Below are positions 26,384 to 35,100 of a stretch of 64,000 nucleotides of DNA, piece after piece. Position numbers and translations under genes: made by a program. The stretch comes from Candidatus Aminicenantes bacterium (GTDB lineage Bacteria; Acidobacteriota; Aminicenantia; UBA2199). The notes beneath the pieces were generated by a model. It saw only the letters and a program-made list of their open reading frames with translations. It was not told the origin of the DNA and searched no databases. Location of the stretch: assembly GCA_018262835.1 (NCBI GenBank), contig JADFDP010000003.1, positions 4,157-68,156 of the forward strand, given 5' to 3'. Numbering within the stretch: the first letter of the stretch is position 1; the number at the start of each line of letters is the position of its first letter.

Positions 26384-28345
26384 TCACTTCTTAATTAACT
26401 TCAGCGCCTCTGCCGCGGCCTCGAGCAGCGGCGCAGCCGATATCTCCTTTCCCACCGCGTTCTTCATCCACAACTGGGGAATGACGTGCCCCGCCTGGCA
26501 CATGCGCTCCATTTCCGTCCCCAGGTTCTTGCCGATCAGATAACTTTCAAGCTGGAATGAGATCAGGTGGCCCAGCGGATAGTCGGGGAGGTAGAGGGCG
26601 GCATCGATCATGTGCGAATAAGCGGCCAGGAGGATCTGGTCGCGGATATTGAAGATCGGCGCATAGTACTTGTTCCAGACCTCACGGGCGCTGGCCATGA
26701 CCGCCTTGCGCAAGGCTTCCGGGTTGGCCTCGGGGTTTTTATAGAGCCAGTTCCAGACCTTCATGTCCACCAGGGCCACTCCCGCTATTTCGTAGGTCAT
26801 CCAAAGCGTGTCAAGGGCTTTCAGCTGCCGGGCGTTGCGTGTTTCATCCTTCAGCCCGAGGATCTCCAGATCGCGGTTCTGGAAGATGAAGGCGAAGGCC
26901 TCGGTGATGGCCGTATTGGGCACGCCGGCCAGCAGGTAGGAGTCGACCTTGTGCAGCGAAAGTGTCTGCTCGACGCAGTGGCCGAGTTCGTGCATGGCCA
27001 CGTTGAAGCTCTGGTAGTTCATGCCGCCGGGGTTCACGCGGGTGCGCAGGCGGGACTTTTCCGAGTGCATCATGGCGCCCCAGGCGTGCCCGGCGCCGCG
27101 GGCCGGGTCCACGGCGACGCGAGCGGCGATGAAGTCGGCGCTTTTGGCCGAAAAACCGAGTTCCTGGAGAATGGCGCGCATGTCCTTTTCAAATGCCTTG
27201 AGATCGGCGTATTTCTGGCCCACGCGGCGGTCCAGTTCCGCCTGCGAAATTTTCGCCCTGGGCTTGAAGCCGTTGTACCAGATGTCGAAGGGCTTCAGCT
27301 TGCGGCCCAGGCGCTTTTCGATCAGTGCGGCTACGTTTTTCACTGCTGCCGAGGTCAGTACCTCTTCAAAGAGCCGCTCCACCTCGGTCTCCGGCAGCTC
27401 CCGCTCCAGTTCGAATTTTCGCTGGGGCTGGCTGGGCAATGAAGGGAAGTATTCATCCATGTCCTTCATGGCCTTGAAGACGCTGAGCAGGTGAAGGTAG
27501 CGGGTGTTGGGCTCCGGCGTCCAGGCGATCTCCTTGCCGGCTTTGTAAACCTTGTTCTTGAAGGGATTCCAGAAAAATTCCCTGCCGTTGACCATGGCTT
27601 TGGGGATGTCTTGCTGGATGATGCGCTTGAGCACTTCGTGGATCGCTTCCTGCCGGGCCAGGCCGAGCTTTTCGGCGTATAGGCCCTTAAGGTGGTCGCG
27701 CAGGCCCCAGTGGCTGATCAGCTTCAGGTTTTCCGGGAACAGCGTTTTCCCCTGGTCGTCGAGAAGCTGACCCATGTGGATATTGTATTCGGAAATGTAG
27801 GTCTCGGCTTCGCTGAAGGCCGCGGCCGCATTCTGGCTGACCCGAGCCGGCAGGCGCGAAATGAACAGGTCGCCGCAGCGGGCGTAGGCCCATTCCAATC
27901 GGCTCCAGGCCGGTCCCAGCTCTGCCTTTTCGGCCAGGGTATATGAGGGAAAGTTCAGCAGCAAGTCGAAGGCGATCTGGCTGTCGAACATGTCGTCGCT
28001 GACGTGGGCGGCTGGGTCGAAGCGGCCGAAGCGCAGATCGATGGGCAGGATCTCGCCCCAATCCAGGTGCAGCGTCCTTTTCAGGTCCAAGCTGATCTTG
28101 TTCAGGTGGCCGTAAAGCGTCTCAAAGTTGCCCTCGATGCGCTTGAAATGGGTCTGCAACCGCCCCGGGTCGGGGATGAAGTTCAGCTGGCAGAATTTCA
28201 CGAACTCCTCGGCGCTGCCGTCCGCGATGCGCCAGAAGGCGGCGGCTTGCTGCACCCCCCGCTGGATGCGGAATTTCTGCGCTTCGCCGTATTTTCCCAG
28301 CAGGTACTCGCGGACTCCGTCCTGGGTATCCTTGTCGATGAACAT
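26384..28345 (-). CDS. Cytoplasmic zinc metallopeptidase (HEXXH gluzincin, family uncertain)
   Basis: 653 aa from MFIDKDTQ (GGGAGG 7 nt upstream). HELGH followed 25 residues later by EAFAF. Confidence 0.7.
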   Translation of the reverse strand: MFIDKDTQDGVREYLLGKYGEAQKFRIQRGVQQAAAFWRIADGSAEEFVKFCQLNFIPDPGRLQTHFKRIEGNFETLYGHLNKISLDLKRTLHLDWGEILPIDLRFGRFDPAAHVSDDMFDSQIAFDLLLNFPSYTLAEKAELGPAWSRLEWAYARCGDLFISRLPARVSQNAAAAFSEAETYISEYNIHMGQLLDDQGKTLFPENLKLISHWGLRDHLKGLYAEKLGLARQEAIHEVLKRIIQQDIPKAMVNGREFFWNPFKNKVYKAGKEIAWTPEPNTRYLHLLSVFKAMKDMDEYFPSLPSQPQRKFELERELPETEVERLFEEVLTSAAVKNVAALIEKRLGRKLKPFDIWYNGFKPRAKISQAELDRRVGQKYADLKAFEKDMRAILQELGFSAKSADFIAARVAVDPARGAGHAWGAMMHSEKSRLRTRVNPGGMNYQSFNVAMHELGHCVEQTLSLHKVDSYLLAGVPNTAITEAFAFIFQNRDLEILGLKDETRNARQLKALDTLWMTYEIAGVALVDMKVWNWLYKNPEANPEALRKAVMASAREVWNKYYAPIFNIRDQILLAAYSHMIDAALYLPDYPLGHLISFQLESYLIGKNLGTEMERMCQAGHVIPQLWMKNAVGKEISAAPLLEAAAEALKLIKK

Positions 28346-28550
28346 GGTTTCGCCTCCCAAGCGCGCGAAAAAAATCAGCGCCAATGCCGTCTGCCACAAC
28401 AAGCTATTTTTTTTCAACTGGGCCTCCAAGGGTTTGAATGTAGCACGAGGGGCTGGGAAAATCAAGGCGGGTGGATTGCGGCGCAACGGTTGAAGATTTT
28501 AGAAATTGATCCCTGTTTAAGCGTTAAAGAGTCGAAGGATTAATCCGTTT

Positions 28551-28578
28551 TCTTCAACGTCGAACATCGAACTTCAGT
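28551..28578. repeat. Single TCGAAC-type heptad arm preceded by TTTTCTT
   Basis: TTCAACG TCGAACA TCGAACT TCAGTC. It is an inverted relative of GGTTCGA AGTTCGA CGTTCGA at 30601-30621. Confidence 0.45.
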
Positions 28579-28581
28579 CTG

Positions 28582-29529
28582 CTAGATCAAAGGCCAGGTT
28601 TGGGTCGGAAGATAGAAGATCATCTCCACCTGGGTGCCGGCGTTCTTCTCGGAGATGATCACCAGCTTGTCGGCGAAGCGCTTCATGTTGGCGATGCCCA
28701 TGCCGGCGCCGAAGCCGCGCTCGCGGATATAGTCGGGAGCGGTCGAATAACCTTCCTTCATGGCCTTGTCCAGGTCCTCGATGCCGATGCCGTTGTCCAC
28801 CACGCGCACGATGAAGCGGTCTTCGTCCTGGAAAAAGTAGATGTCGCCCTGGCCGCGGCTGTGGATGACCACATTGGTCTCGGCCTCGTAGGTGGCCACG
28901 CCCACGCGGCGCACGATATCGCTGTGGAAATTCTTGCCGGTCAGGAACTGCTTGAGCATGGCGGCGCCCGTGCCGGCGGCGTCGATATCGCTGCTGTCGA
29001 TGCGATAGTGGAATTTGGCTTCCTCGGTTTTCAGCTGTTCGCCGGTGATGGCCGAATATTCAGTGTTCAGGGTGCTGGTGCGCTTCTGATCGTGGATGTA
29101 GATGAGGTTGAATTTTTCCAGGATGCCGTGCAGGATGTCCTCTTTGCTGATGATGCCGCAGACGCGCTTTTCGTCGTCGACCACCGGAAAACGGCCGTAC
29201 TTGTAGTTTTCGAACTTGTCCACTACCGTGGCCAGCGAGTCGCCCTTGTGGATGGTGACTACCTGGGTCGACATGATCTTGCGGATTGGATCGTTGATCT
29301 TGTTGAATTCCAAGGCATGGATGATGTCCTCGATGCTGATGATGCCGACGAGCTGCTTCTTCTCGTCGACCACCGGCATGCCCGAGATCTTCTTGATCTT
29401 CATCAGTTCCTTGGCGTGGGCGATCTTTTTTTCGGCGGAGATCTCGACCACGTTGGAACTCATGATGTCGCCGGCCTTGATGTCCTCGAAAATGGCCGCG
29501 TATCGGGCCAGCTTGTTATTTTCCGGCAT
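28582..29529 (-). CDS. CBS-pair plus HATPase_c (anti-sigma/serine kinase-like) protein
   Basis: 315 aa. Two CBS motifs in the N-terminal half. ATPase boxes ETNVVIH, VDNGIGI and GFGAGMGI in the C-terminal half. Confidence 0.85.
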   Translation of the reverse strand: MPENNKLARYAAIFEDIKAGDIMSSNVVEISAEKKIAHAKELMKIKKISGMPVVDEKKQLVGIISIEDIIHALEFNKINDPIRKIMSTQVVTIHKGDSLATVVDKFENYKYGRFPVVDDEKRVCGIISKEDILHGILEKFNLIYIHDQKRTSTLNTEYSAITGEQLKTEEAKFHYRIDSSDIDAAGTGAAMLKQFLTGKNFHSDIVRRVGVATYEAETNVVIHSRGQGDIYFFQDEDRFIVRVVDNGIGIEDLDKAMKEGYSTAPDYIRERGFGAGMGIANMKRFADKLVIISEKNAGTQVEMIFYLPTQTWPLI

Positions 29530-29872
29530 CGCTGCCCCGCAGTCCGGTGGCGTAGATCTTGCCGCAGGAGGAATAGAGGTAGCCGCGGGTGCGCAGCAGT
29601 AGAAAATTGTTCTCGCGGGCGTAGGCGATGGTTTCCGGGGCGATGTTCTTGCCGCGGACCACGATCAGTCCCAGCAGGTCGGTGACCAGGGCGGTGCGGA
29701 TCACCTGCGGGTAGGTGTAGCCGGTCAAAACCACCATGCCGGGCTTGGTCAGGGCCAGGATGTCGCTGATCATGTCGCTGGCCCCCACCGATTTTACCTC
29801 TTCGTCCAGTTTGCTTTCCCCGGACAGCACTTCGGCGTCCAGCAGGGCAACGATATCGCGGACTTTGATCAT
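29516..29872 (-). CDS. DRTGG domain protein
   Basis: 118 aa. MIKVRDIVALLDAEVLSGE...ASDMISDILA...VVLTGYTYPQVIRTA resembles DRTGG proteins found next to NuoE/NuoF-type hydrogenase genes. Confidence 0.8.
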   Translation of the reverse strand: MIKVRDIVALLDAEVLSGESKLDEEVKSVGASDMISDILALTKPGMVVLTGYTYPQVIRTALVTDLLGLIVVRGKNIAPETIAYARENNFLLLRTRGYLYSSCGKIYATGLRGSDAGK

Positions 29873-29919
29873 GTTGGCAACCCTCGCCGCGGCGCCGGGC
29901 GGCCGGCGCTGCCGCTATT

Positions 29920-30474
29920 TCAGTTTTCCGTGTAAATTTCCTTTTCGTACCAGGTTTCCAGGCGCAGCTTGTGCTTGGCCTCTTCCTGGGCCAGTGCCAG
30001 GAAGGTTTCGCGCATGGTTTCTTCCCCGGCCATGGCCGCCAGGTCGTTGTAGAACTTGAATGAGGCCTTTTCCCGGCGCATGGCCACGATCAGGGCTTCC
30101 TGGTAGTCCATGTCCGGCGTGGGCACGATGTCGACCAGGTAGTCGACGATCTTCAGGTCGGTCACCTGTTTGGCCGAGGGCTTGAAGGTGCTGCCCTTTT
30201 TCACGCGTTGCAGCTTCTCCTTGTGCTGGTTCTCTTCGCCGGCGAATTCTACGAACTGTTCGCGCAGGGACTTGTTCTCCAGCTTGGTCGACCATTCCAG
30301 GTAGAACTGGCGGGCTTCCTCTTCCTTTTCGATGGCGAAATCCAGGACTTCCTGGACGGATTTGAAATTGGCAAGGACCGTCATCGGCTGGTCGCAGCAG
30401 ACCAGCTGCCCCTTGCCTTCGGCTATGACTTTGACTATTTTTCCGCACATGGAGCATTTGTAAAAATCGGTCAT
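29920..30474 (-). CDS. Desulforedoxin-domain / ferritin-like (rubrerythrin-type diiron) fusion protein
   Basis: N-terminus YKCSMCGKIVKVIAEGKGQLVCCDQPM is the Dx CxxC...CC motif. A four-helix region carries E...EENQH...E...EEAKH diiron ligand spacing. Confidence 0.8.
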   Translation of the reverse strand: MTDFYKCSMCGKIVKVIAEGKGQLVCCDQPMTVLANFKSVQEVLDFAIEKEEEARQFYLEWSTKLENKSLREQFVEFAGEENQHKEKLQRVKKGSTFKPSAKQVTDLKIVDYLVDIVPTPDMDYQEALIVAMRREKASFKFYNDLAAMAGEETMRETFLALAQEEAKHKLRLETWYEKEIYTEN

Positions 30475-30503
30475 TGGCACCTCCAAATTTTATTGACGCC
30501 CAG

Positions 30504-30532
30504 ATTTTAGCACTGAAATAAAAAATCCGCAA
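30504..30532 (-). promoter_or_regulatory. Sigma-70-like promoter for the Dx-ferritin/DRTGG/CBS-HATPase operon
   Basis: Minus strand: TTGCGG, 17-nt spacer, TAAAAT, about 25 nt upstream of the ATG. Confidence 0.45.
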
Positions 30533-30545
30533 ACCAGGGAAATAA

Positions 30546-30633
30546 CCGAACTATCATGACGCATAACGCGTAACGCGTGACGAGGAAGAAAAGAAATCGG
30601 GGTTCGAAGTTCGACGTTCGAGGTTCGCTGTTG
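30546..30633. repeat. Heptad-periodic element I (two non-complementary arms)
   Basis: CCGAACTAT, then CATGACG CATAACG CGTAACG CGTGACG, then GGAAGAAAAGAAAT, then GGTTCGA AGTTCGA CGTTCGA GGTTCGC. Confidence 0.6.
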
Positions 30634-30695
30634 TAAAACCGTGAATGAGATTTGAATTTTTTGCTCCGAAATAAAATTTTTTCGCAAATTATTTA

Positions 30696-30722
30696 TTGAC
30701 TTTTCGGCGGTTTTTTTATAAT
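30696..30722 (+). promoter_or_regulatory. Candidate sigma-70 promoter of the formate dehydrogenase operon
   Basis: TTGACT (30696-701) and TATAAT (30717-722), but the spacer is only 15 nt. There is a T-rich upstream tract. Confidence 0.35.
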
Positions 30723-30835
30723 ATGGGCTTTGCTTGCAGCCCCGAATGCGGATGAAGCCCGGGGCCGGGTTTCTTCGAAAGCCGGGAGAGGCGGAAACGC
30801 TCTGTCGGCAATGGTCCGGTTCAAGGAGTATCGAA

Positions 30836-31171
30836 ATGCTGGTCAAAGAGGTCGCCGAAAAGCTGGGTCTGAAAATTCTGGCCTCGGGCCACGATCAGGA
30901 CGTGACGAGCGGATATGTGTCCGACCTGCTGTCCGATGTCATCGCCAACGCCGAGGAAGGCTGCCTGTGGATCACGGTGCAAAGGCACCTGAACATCGTG
31001 GCCGTGGCCCAGCTGAAAAAGCTGGCCGGCATCGTCCTCAGCCGCGGCAGCGAACCCGAAGCCCCCGTGCTGGCCCGGGCCGAGCAGGAGGGCCTGTTCG
31101 TCCTCTCCACCCCGGACGACTCGTTCACTATCGCCGGCAAGCTCTACGCCCTGGTCCGCGCCAAAAAGTAA
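30836..31171 (+). CDS. DRTGG domain protein
   Basis: 111 aa from MLVKEVAEKLGLKILASG (AAGGAG upstream). YVSDLLSDVIANAEEGCLWITVQRHLNIVAVA. Confidence 0.8.
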   Translation: MLVKEVAEKLGLKILASGHDQDVTSGYVSDLLSDVIANAEEGCLWITVQRHLNIVAVAQLKKLAGIVLSRGSEPEAPVLARAEQEGLFVLSTPDDSFTIAGKLYALVRAKK

Positions 31172-31233
31172 TGGATGAATTTCGATCCGGTTTTTCAGCA
31201 ACAACGCGGTTTTATCATAAATAGGAGGCTCGC

Positions 31234-31764
31234 ATGGAAGCCCAAGCGCTCCATATCCCGGATAACGTCCAGTACCAGGAACTTAAAAAATTCATCGAGG
31301 CCAGCCGCGATGTTCCCGGCCCCCTGATCCAGGTCCTGCACCGGGCCCAGAAAATTTTCGGCTACCTGCCCCTGGAGGTCCAGCACTTCGTTGCCCGCGA
31401 GCTTGACCTGCCGCTTTCCAAGGTCTTCGGCGTGGTCACCTTTTACAATTTCTTCCGCATGGATCCCATCGGCGACCACATCGTCAACCTCTGCCTGGGC
31501 ACGGCCTGCCACGTCAAGGGCGCCTCGGACATCATCAAGGTCCTGGAAAAGGAACTGGGCGTCAAGGTGGGCGGCACCACGGCCGACCGCTTCTATACCC
31601 TGTCCACGGCGCGCTGTTTCGGCGCCTGCGGCCTGGCGCCGGTGATGATGCTCGACGAAGAGGTGCACGGCCGGCTCAATCCCCAGAAGACCGTCAAGAT
31701 CCTGCGCGACTTGAAAGCCGAAGCCCAACGCGCTGCGGAAGCCATAAACAAGGAGGAAAAATGA
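31234..31764 (+). CDS. NuoE/HydC-like [2Fe-2S] subunit (module 1)
   Basis: 176 aa. Cluster motif CLGTACHVKG...ARCFGACGLAPV. Confidence 0.9.
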   Translation: MEAQALHIPDNVQYQELKKFIEASRDVPGPLIQVLHRAQKIFGYLPLEVQHFVARELDLPLSKVFGVVTFYNFFRMDPIGDHIVNLCLGTACHVKGASDIIKVLEKELGVKVGGTTADRFYTLSTARCFGACGLAPVMMLDEEVHGRLNPQKTVKILRDLKAEAQRAAEAINKEEK

Positions 31765-32123
31765 AACTCGAGGATCTGAAGAAAATAAGGGAAAAAACGG
31801 AAAAGGACATGCTGCTGCGGGCCGGGAAAACGCGGCTGAAGGTGGTGGTGGGCATGGGCACCAGCGGCATCGCCGCCGGCGCCCGCGAGACCCTGAAGGT
31901 TTTCCTGGACGAGATCGAGAAGCGAGCTTTGAGCGACGTCATCGTCACCCAGGCCGGCGAACGCGGCCTGAGCTCGCACGAGCCGATCGTCACCGTCATG
32001 GAGGAAGGCAAGCCCTCCGTGGTCTACGGCAATGTCACGGGGGAAATGGCCCGCAAGATCGTGGCCGAGCACCTGGTCAACGGCAATCCCGTTTCGGAAT
32101 CCATCATCGAAGTCAAGGAATAA
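31761..32123 (+). CDS. Thioredoxin-like ferredoxin-fold protein lacking all Cys ligands
   Basis: 120 aa with no cysteine. VVVGMGTSGIAAGA and QAGERGLSSHEPIV align to the CxxxxC / CxxxC positions of thioredoxin-like [2Fe-2S] subunits. ATGA overlap with the upstream gene. Confidence 0.75.
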   Translation: MKLEDLKKIREKTEKDMLLRAGKTRLKVVVGMGTSGIAAGARETLKVFLDEIEKRALSDVIVTQAGERGLSSHEPIVTVMEEGKPSVVYGNVTGEMARKIVAEHLVNGNPVSESIIEVKE

Positions 32124-32135
32124 AGCGAGGGCGAA

Positions 32136-35100
32136 ATGAACAAACGGCTGGACGTGCTGATCTGCGGAGGCGGCGCCTGCATCTCCTCCCACAGCCATGA
32201 ACTCAAGAAAAAGCTGATCGAGGAGATAGAGAAAAACGGCCTGAGCGCAGAGATCAACCTGGTGGAAACCGGCTGCATGGGCCCCTGTGAACTGGGGCCG
32301 GTGATGGTCGTCTACCCCGACGGCTCCTTTTACATCCAATTGGATGAAAAAAACGCCGCAGAGATCGTCCAGGAACATTTTCTCAAAGGCCGGCCGGTGC
32401 AAAAGCACCTCTGGCAGGCGCCCGAGGCCCGCAAGATCGTCGAACAGAAAAAACAGATCCCTTTTTTCGAAAAGCAGCTGAAGATCGTGCTGTCCAACTG
32501 CGGCCGCATCGACCCGGAAAACGTCGGCGAATACATCGCCCAGCGCGGCTATGAAGCCCTGGGAACCGCCCTGACCCAGATGACCCCCGAGCAGGTGATC
32601 GACATCATCACCAAGTCGGGCCTGCGCGGCCGTGGCGGCGCCGGGTTTTCCACCGGCATGAAATGGAAGTTCGCCTACGACAGCAAGAGCGACCAGAAAT
32701 ACATCCTCTGCAACGCCGACGAGGGTGACCCCGGTGCCTTCATGGACCGGGCCGTGCTCGAGGGCGACCCGCACGCGGTGCTGGAAGGCATGGCCCTGGC
32801 CGGCTACGCCATCGGCGCCGACAAGGGCTACATCTATGTCCGTGCCGAATACCCGCTGGCCATCGAACGTCTGAACCATGCCATTGCCCAGGCCCGTGAA
32901 ATGGGGCTGCTGGGGAAGAATATCTTCGAGACTTCCTTCCACTTCGACGTCGAGCTGCGCATGGGGGCCGGCGCCTTTGTCTGCGGCGAAGAGACGGCGC
33001 TCATGGCCTCGGTCGAAGGCCTGCGCGGCCAGCCCCGACCCAAGCCGCCCTTCCCGGCGGTCAAGGGGCTGTGGGGCAAGCCCTCGGTGATCAACAACGT
33101 CGAAACCCTGGCCACCATCCGCCACATCCTGCTCAACGGCTGGGAGTGGTTCAGCGCCATCGGCACCGAAAAGAGCAAGGGGACCAAGGTCTTCGCCCTT
33201 TCGGGCAAGGTGACCAACACCGGCCTGGTGGAAGTCCCCATGGGCATCACCCTGGGCGAGCTGGTGTTCGACATCGGCGGCGGCATCCCCGGAGGCAAGG
33301 CCTTCAAGGCCGCCCAGACCGGCGGCCCCTCGGGCGGCTGCATCCCGGCCAAGTATCTGAACAGCCCCCTCGACTATGAATCGCTGAAAGCACTGGGTTC
33401 GATCATGGGCTCCGGCGGCCTGATCGTCCTTGACGAGGACAGCTGCATGGTCAACATGGCCAAGTATTTCCTTGAGTTTTCGCTTGAGGAGTCGTGCGGC
33501 CAATGCGTTCCCTGCCGGGTCGGCTTGAAGCAGATGTACGATCTTCTGGAAAGGATCACCAGCGGCAGCGGCACCATGGCCGACCTGGAAAAGCTTGAAA
33601 GCCTGGCCTACACGGTGCGGGCTACCTCGCTCTGCGGCCTGGGTCAGGCGGCGCCCAACCCGGTCATCTCGACCATCAAATATTTCAAGCACGAATACCT
33701 GGAGCACATCCAGGATAAAAAATGCTCGGCCGGCGTGTGCGCGGCACTGTTCGCGGCGCCCTGCGTCAACGCCTGCCCGGCCGGAGTCGACGCCGCCTCC
33801 TATGTCTCGCACATGGGCGACGGCCGCCTGCGCGAGGCCTATTTCCAGCACATGCAGAACAACCCGTTCCCCATCGTCTGCGGACGGGTCTGCCCGGCTT
33901 TCTGCGAGCGCAAGTGCTCGCGCGGCAAGTACGACCAGGCCGTGGCCATCCGCGAGGTCAAGCGTTTGTTCGCCGACTGGGCCATCGGCGAGGGACTGGG
34001 ATTCGCCCCGCCGCTCCAGACCCACAAGGAAAAAGTGGCGGTGGTGGGCGCCGGGCCGGCCGGGCTGGCCTGCGCTTTTTACCTGACCCGCCTGGGCTAC
34101 CAGCCGGTGGTTTTTGAAGCACTGAAAGTGGCCGGCGGCATGATGAAGGTCGGCATCCCCGATTTCCGCCTGCCCAAGGACAAGCTGCAAGCCGAGATCG
34201 CGGTCATCGAAAAGGCCGGCGTGCAGATCAAACTGAATTCACCCGTGGCCAATATTGATGAATTGACGGAAAAAGGGTTCGCCGCGGTGTTCGTCGGCAG
34301 CGGCGCCCACCAGGCCCAGAAGCTGAATATCGAAGGCAGCAGCCTCAAGGGCGTGATGTCGGGCATCGATTTCCTGCGCGAGGCCAACCTGGGAAAGAAA
34401 ATAAACATCGGCAACGACGTGGTGGTGGTCGGCGGCGGTTCGACCGCCATGGACGCCGCCCGACTGGCCCGCCGCCTGGGGGCCGGCAATGTCCGCCTGG
34501 TGTACCGGCGCACCCGCACCGAGATGCCGGCCCAGCTGGAAGAACTGGTCGGGGCGGAGGAAGAGGGCGTGGAAATGGATTTCCTGGTCAATCCGCTGCA
34601 GATCATCGGCCGCGCCGGCAAAGTCAGCGGCATCCATTGCATCAAGACCGAGCTGGCCGATTTTGACGATTCGGGCCGCCGGCGACCGGTGCCGGTCGGC
34701 GGCAGCGAGTACACCATCCGCGCTAGTTTTATCATCTATTGCCTGGGCCAGAAACTCAGCCTGGGACTGACCGGAGGCACGCTGAACCTTGACAGGCGCG
34801 GCCATATCGCCGTGGATCCGCGTACCATGGCCACCAGCGCCGCGGGGGTTTTCGCCGGCGGCGACGCCGTCAACCCTTCCACCGTGATCGAAAGCGTGGC
34901 GCAAGGGCGCCTGGCGGCCGTGAGCATCGACCGCTATTTCGGCCGCGCCGGCCGGCTCTTTGACCAGCCGCGCCAGGTGGTCGACGTCCACTACGACGAA
35001 GAGGCCTACCTGAAGACCATCGAGCGCAAGGAGCCCCACCTCGAGGATGCCGAGAAGCGCGTCGCCGATCTGGCTTTGGAGGTCAGCCGCGGGCTGACCC

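Noticed and set aside
30723-30835. Moco/Tuco riboswitch upstream of the formate dehydrogenase operon
   Set aside because: The context is attractive, but I could not find the conserved core sequences I associate with the Moco RNA motif. It is kept only as an unclassified structured leader pending an Rfam scan.
31593-34190. 865-aa ORF antisense to the NuoE / NuoF-GltD genes
   Set aside because: It is Ala/Gly/Arg/Asp-rich with low complexity, has no RBS and no recognisable motifs, and lies fully inside strongly supported sense genes. This is the typical open antisense frame of GC-rich DNA. The same reasoning applies to 14212-15702, 20394-22373, 35613-36608, 38144-39769, 40996-42405, 57432-58739 and 61979-63358.
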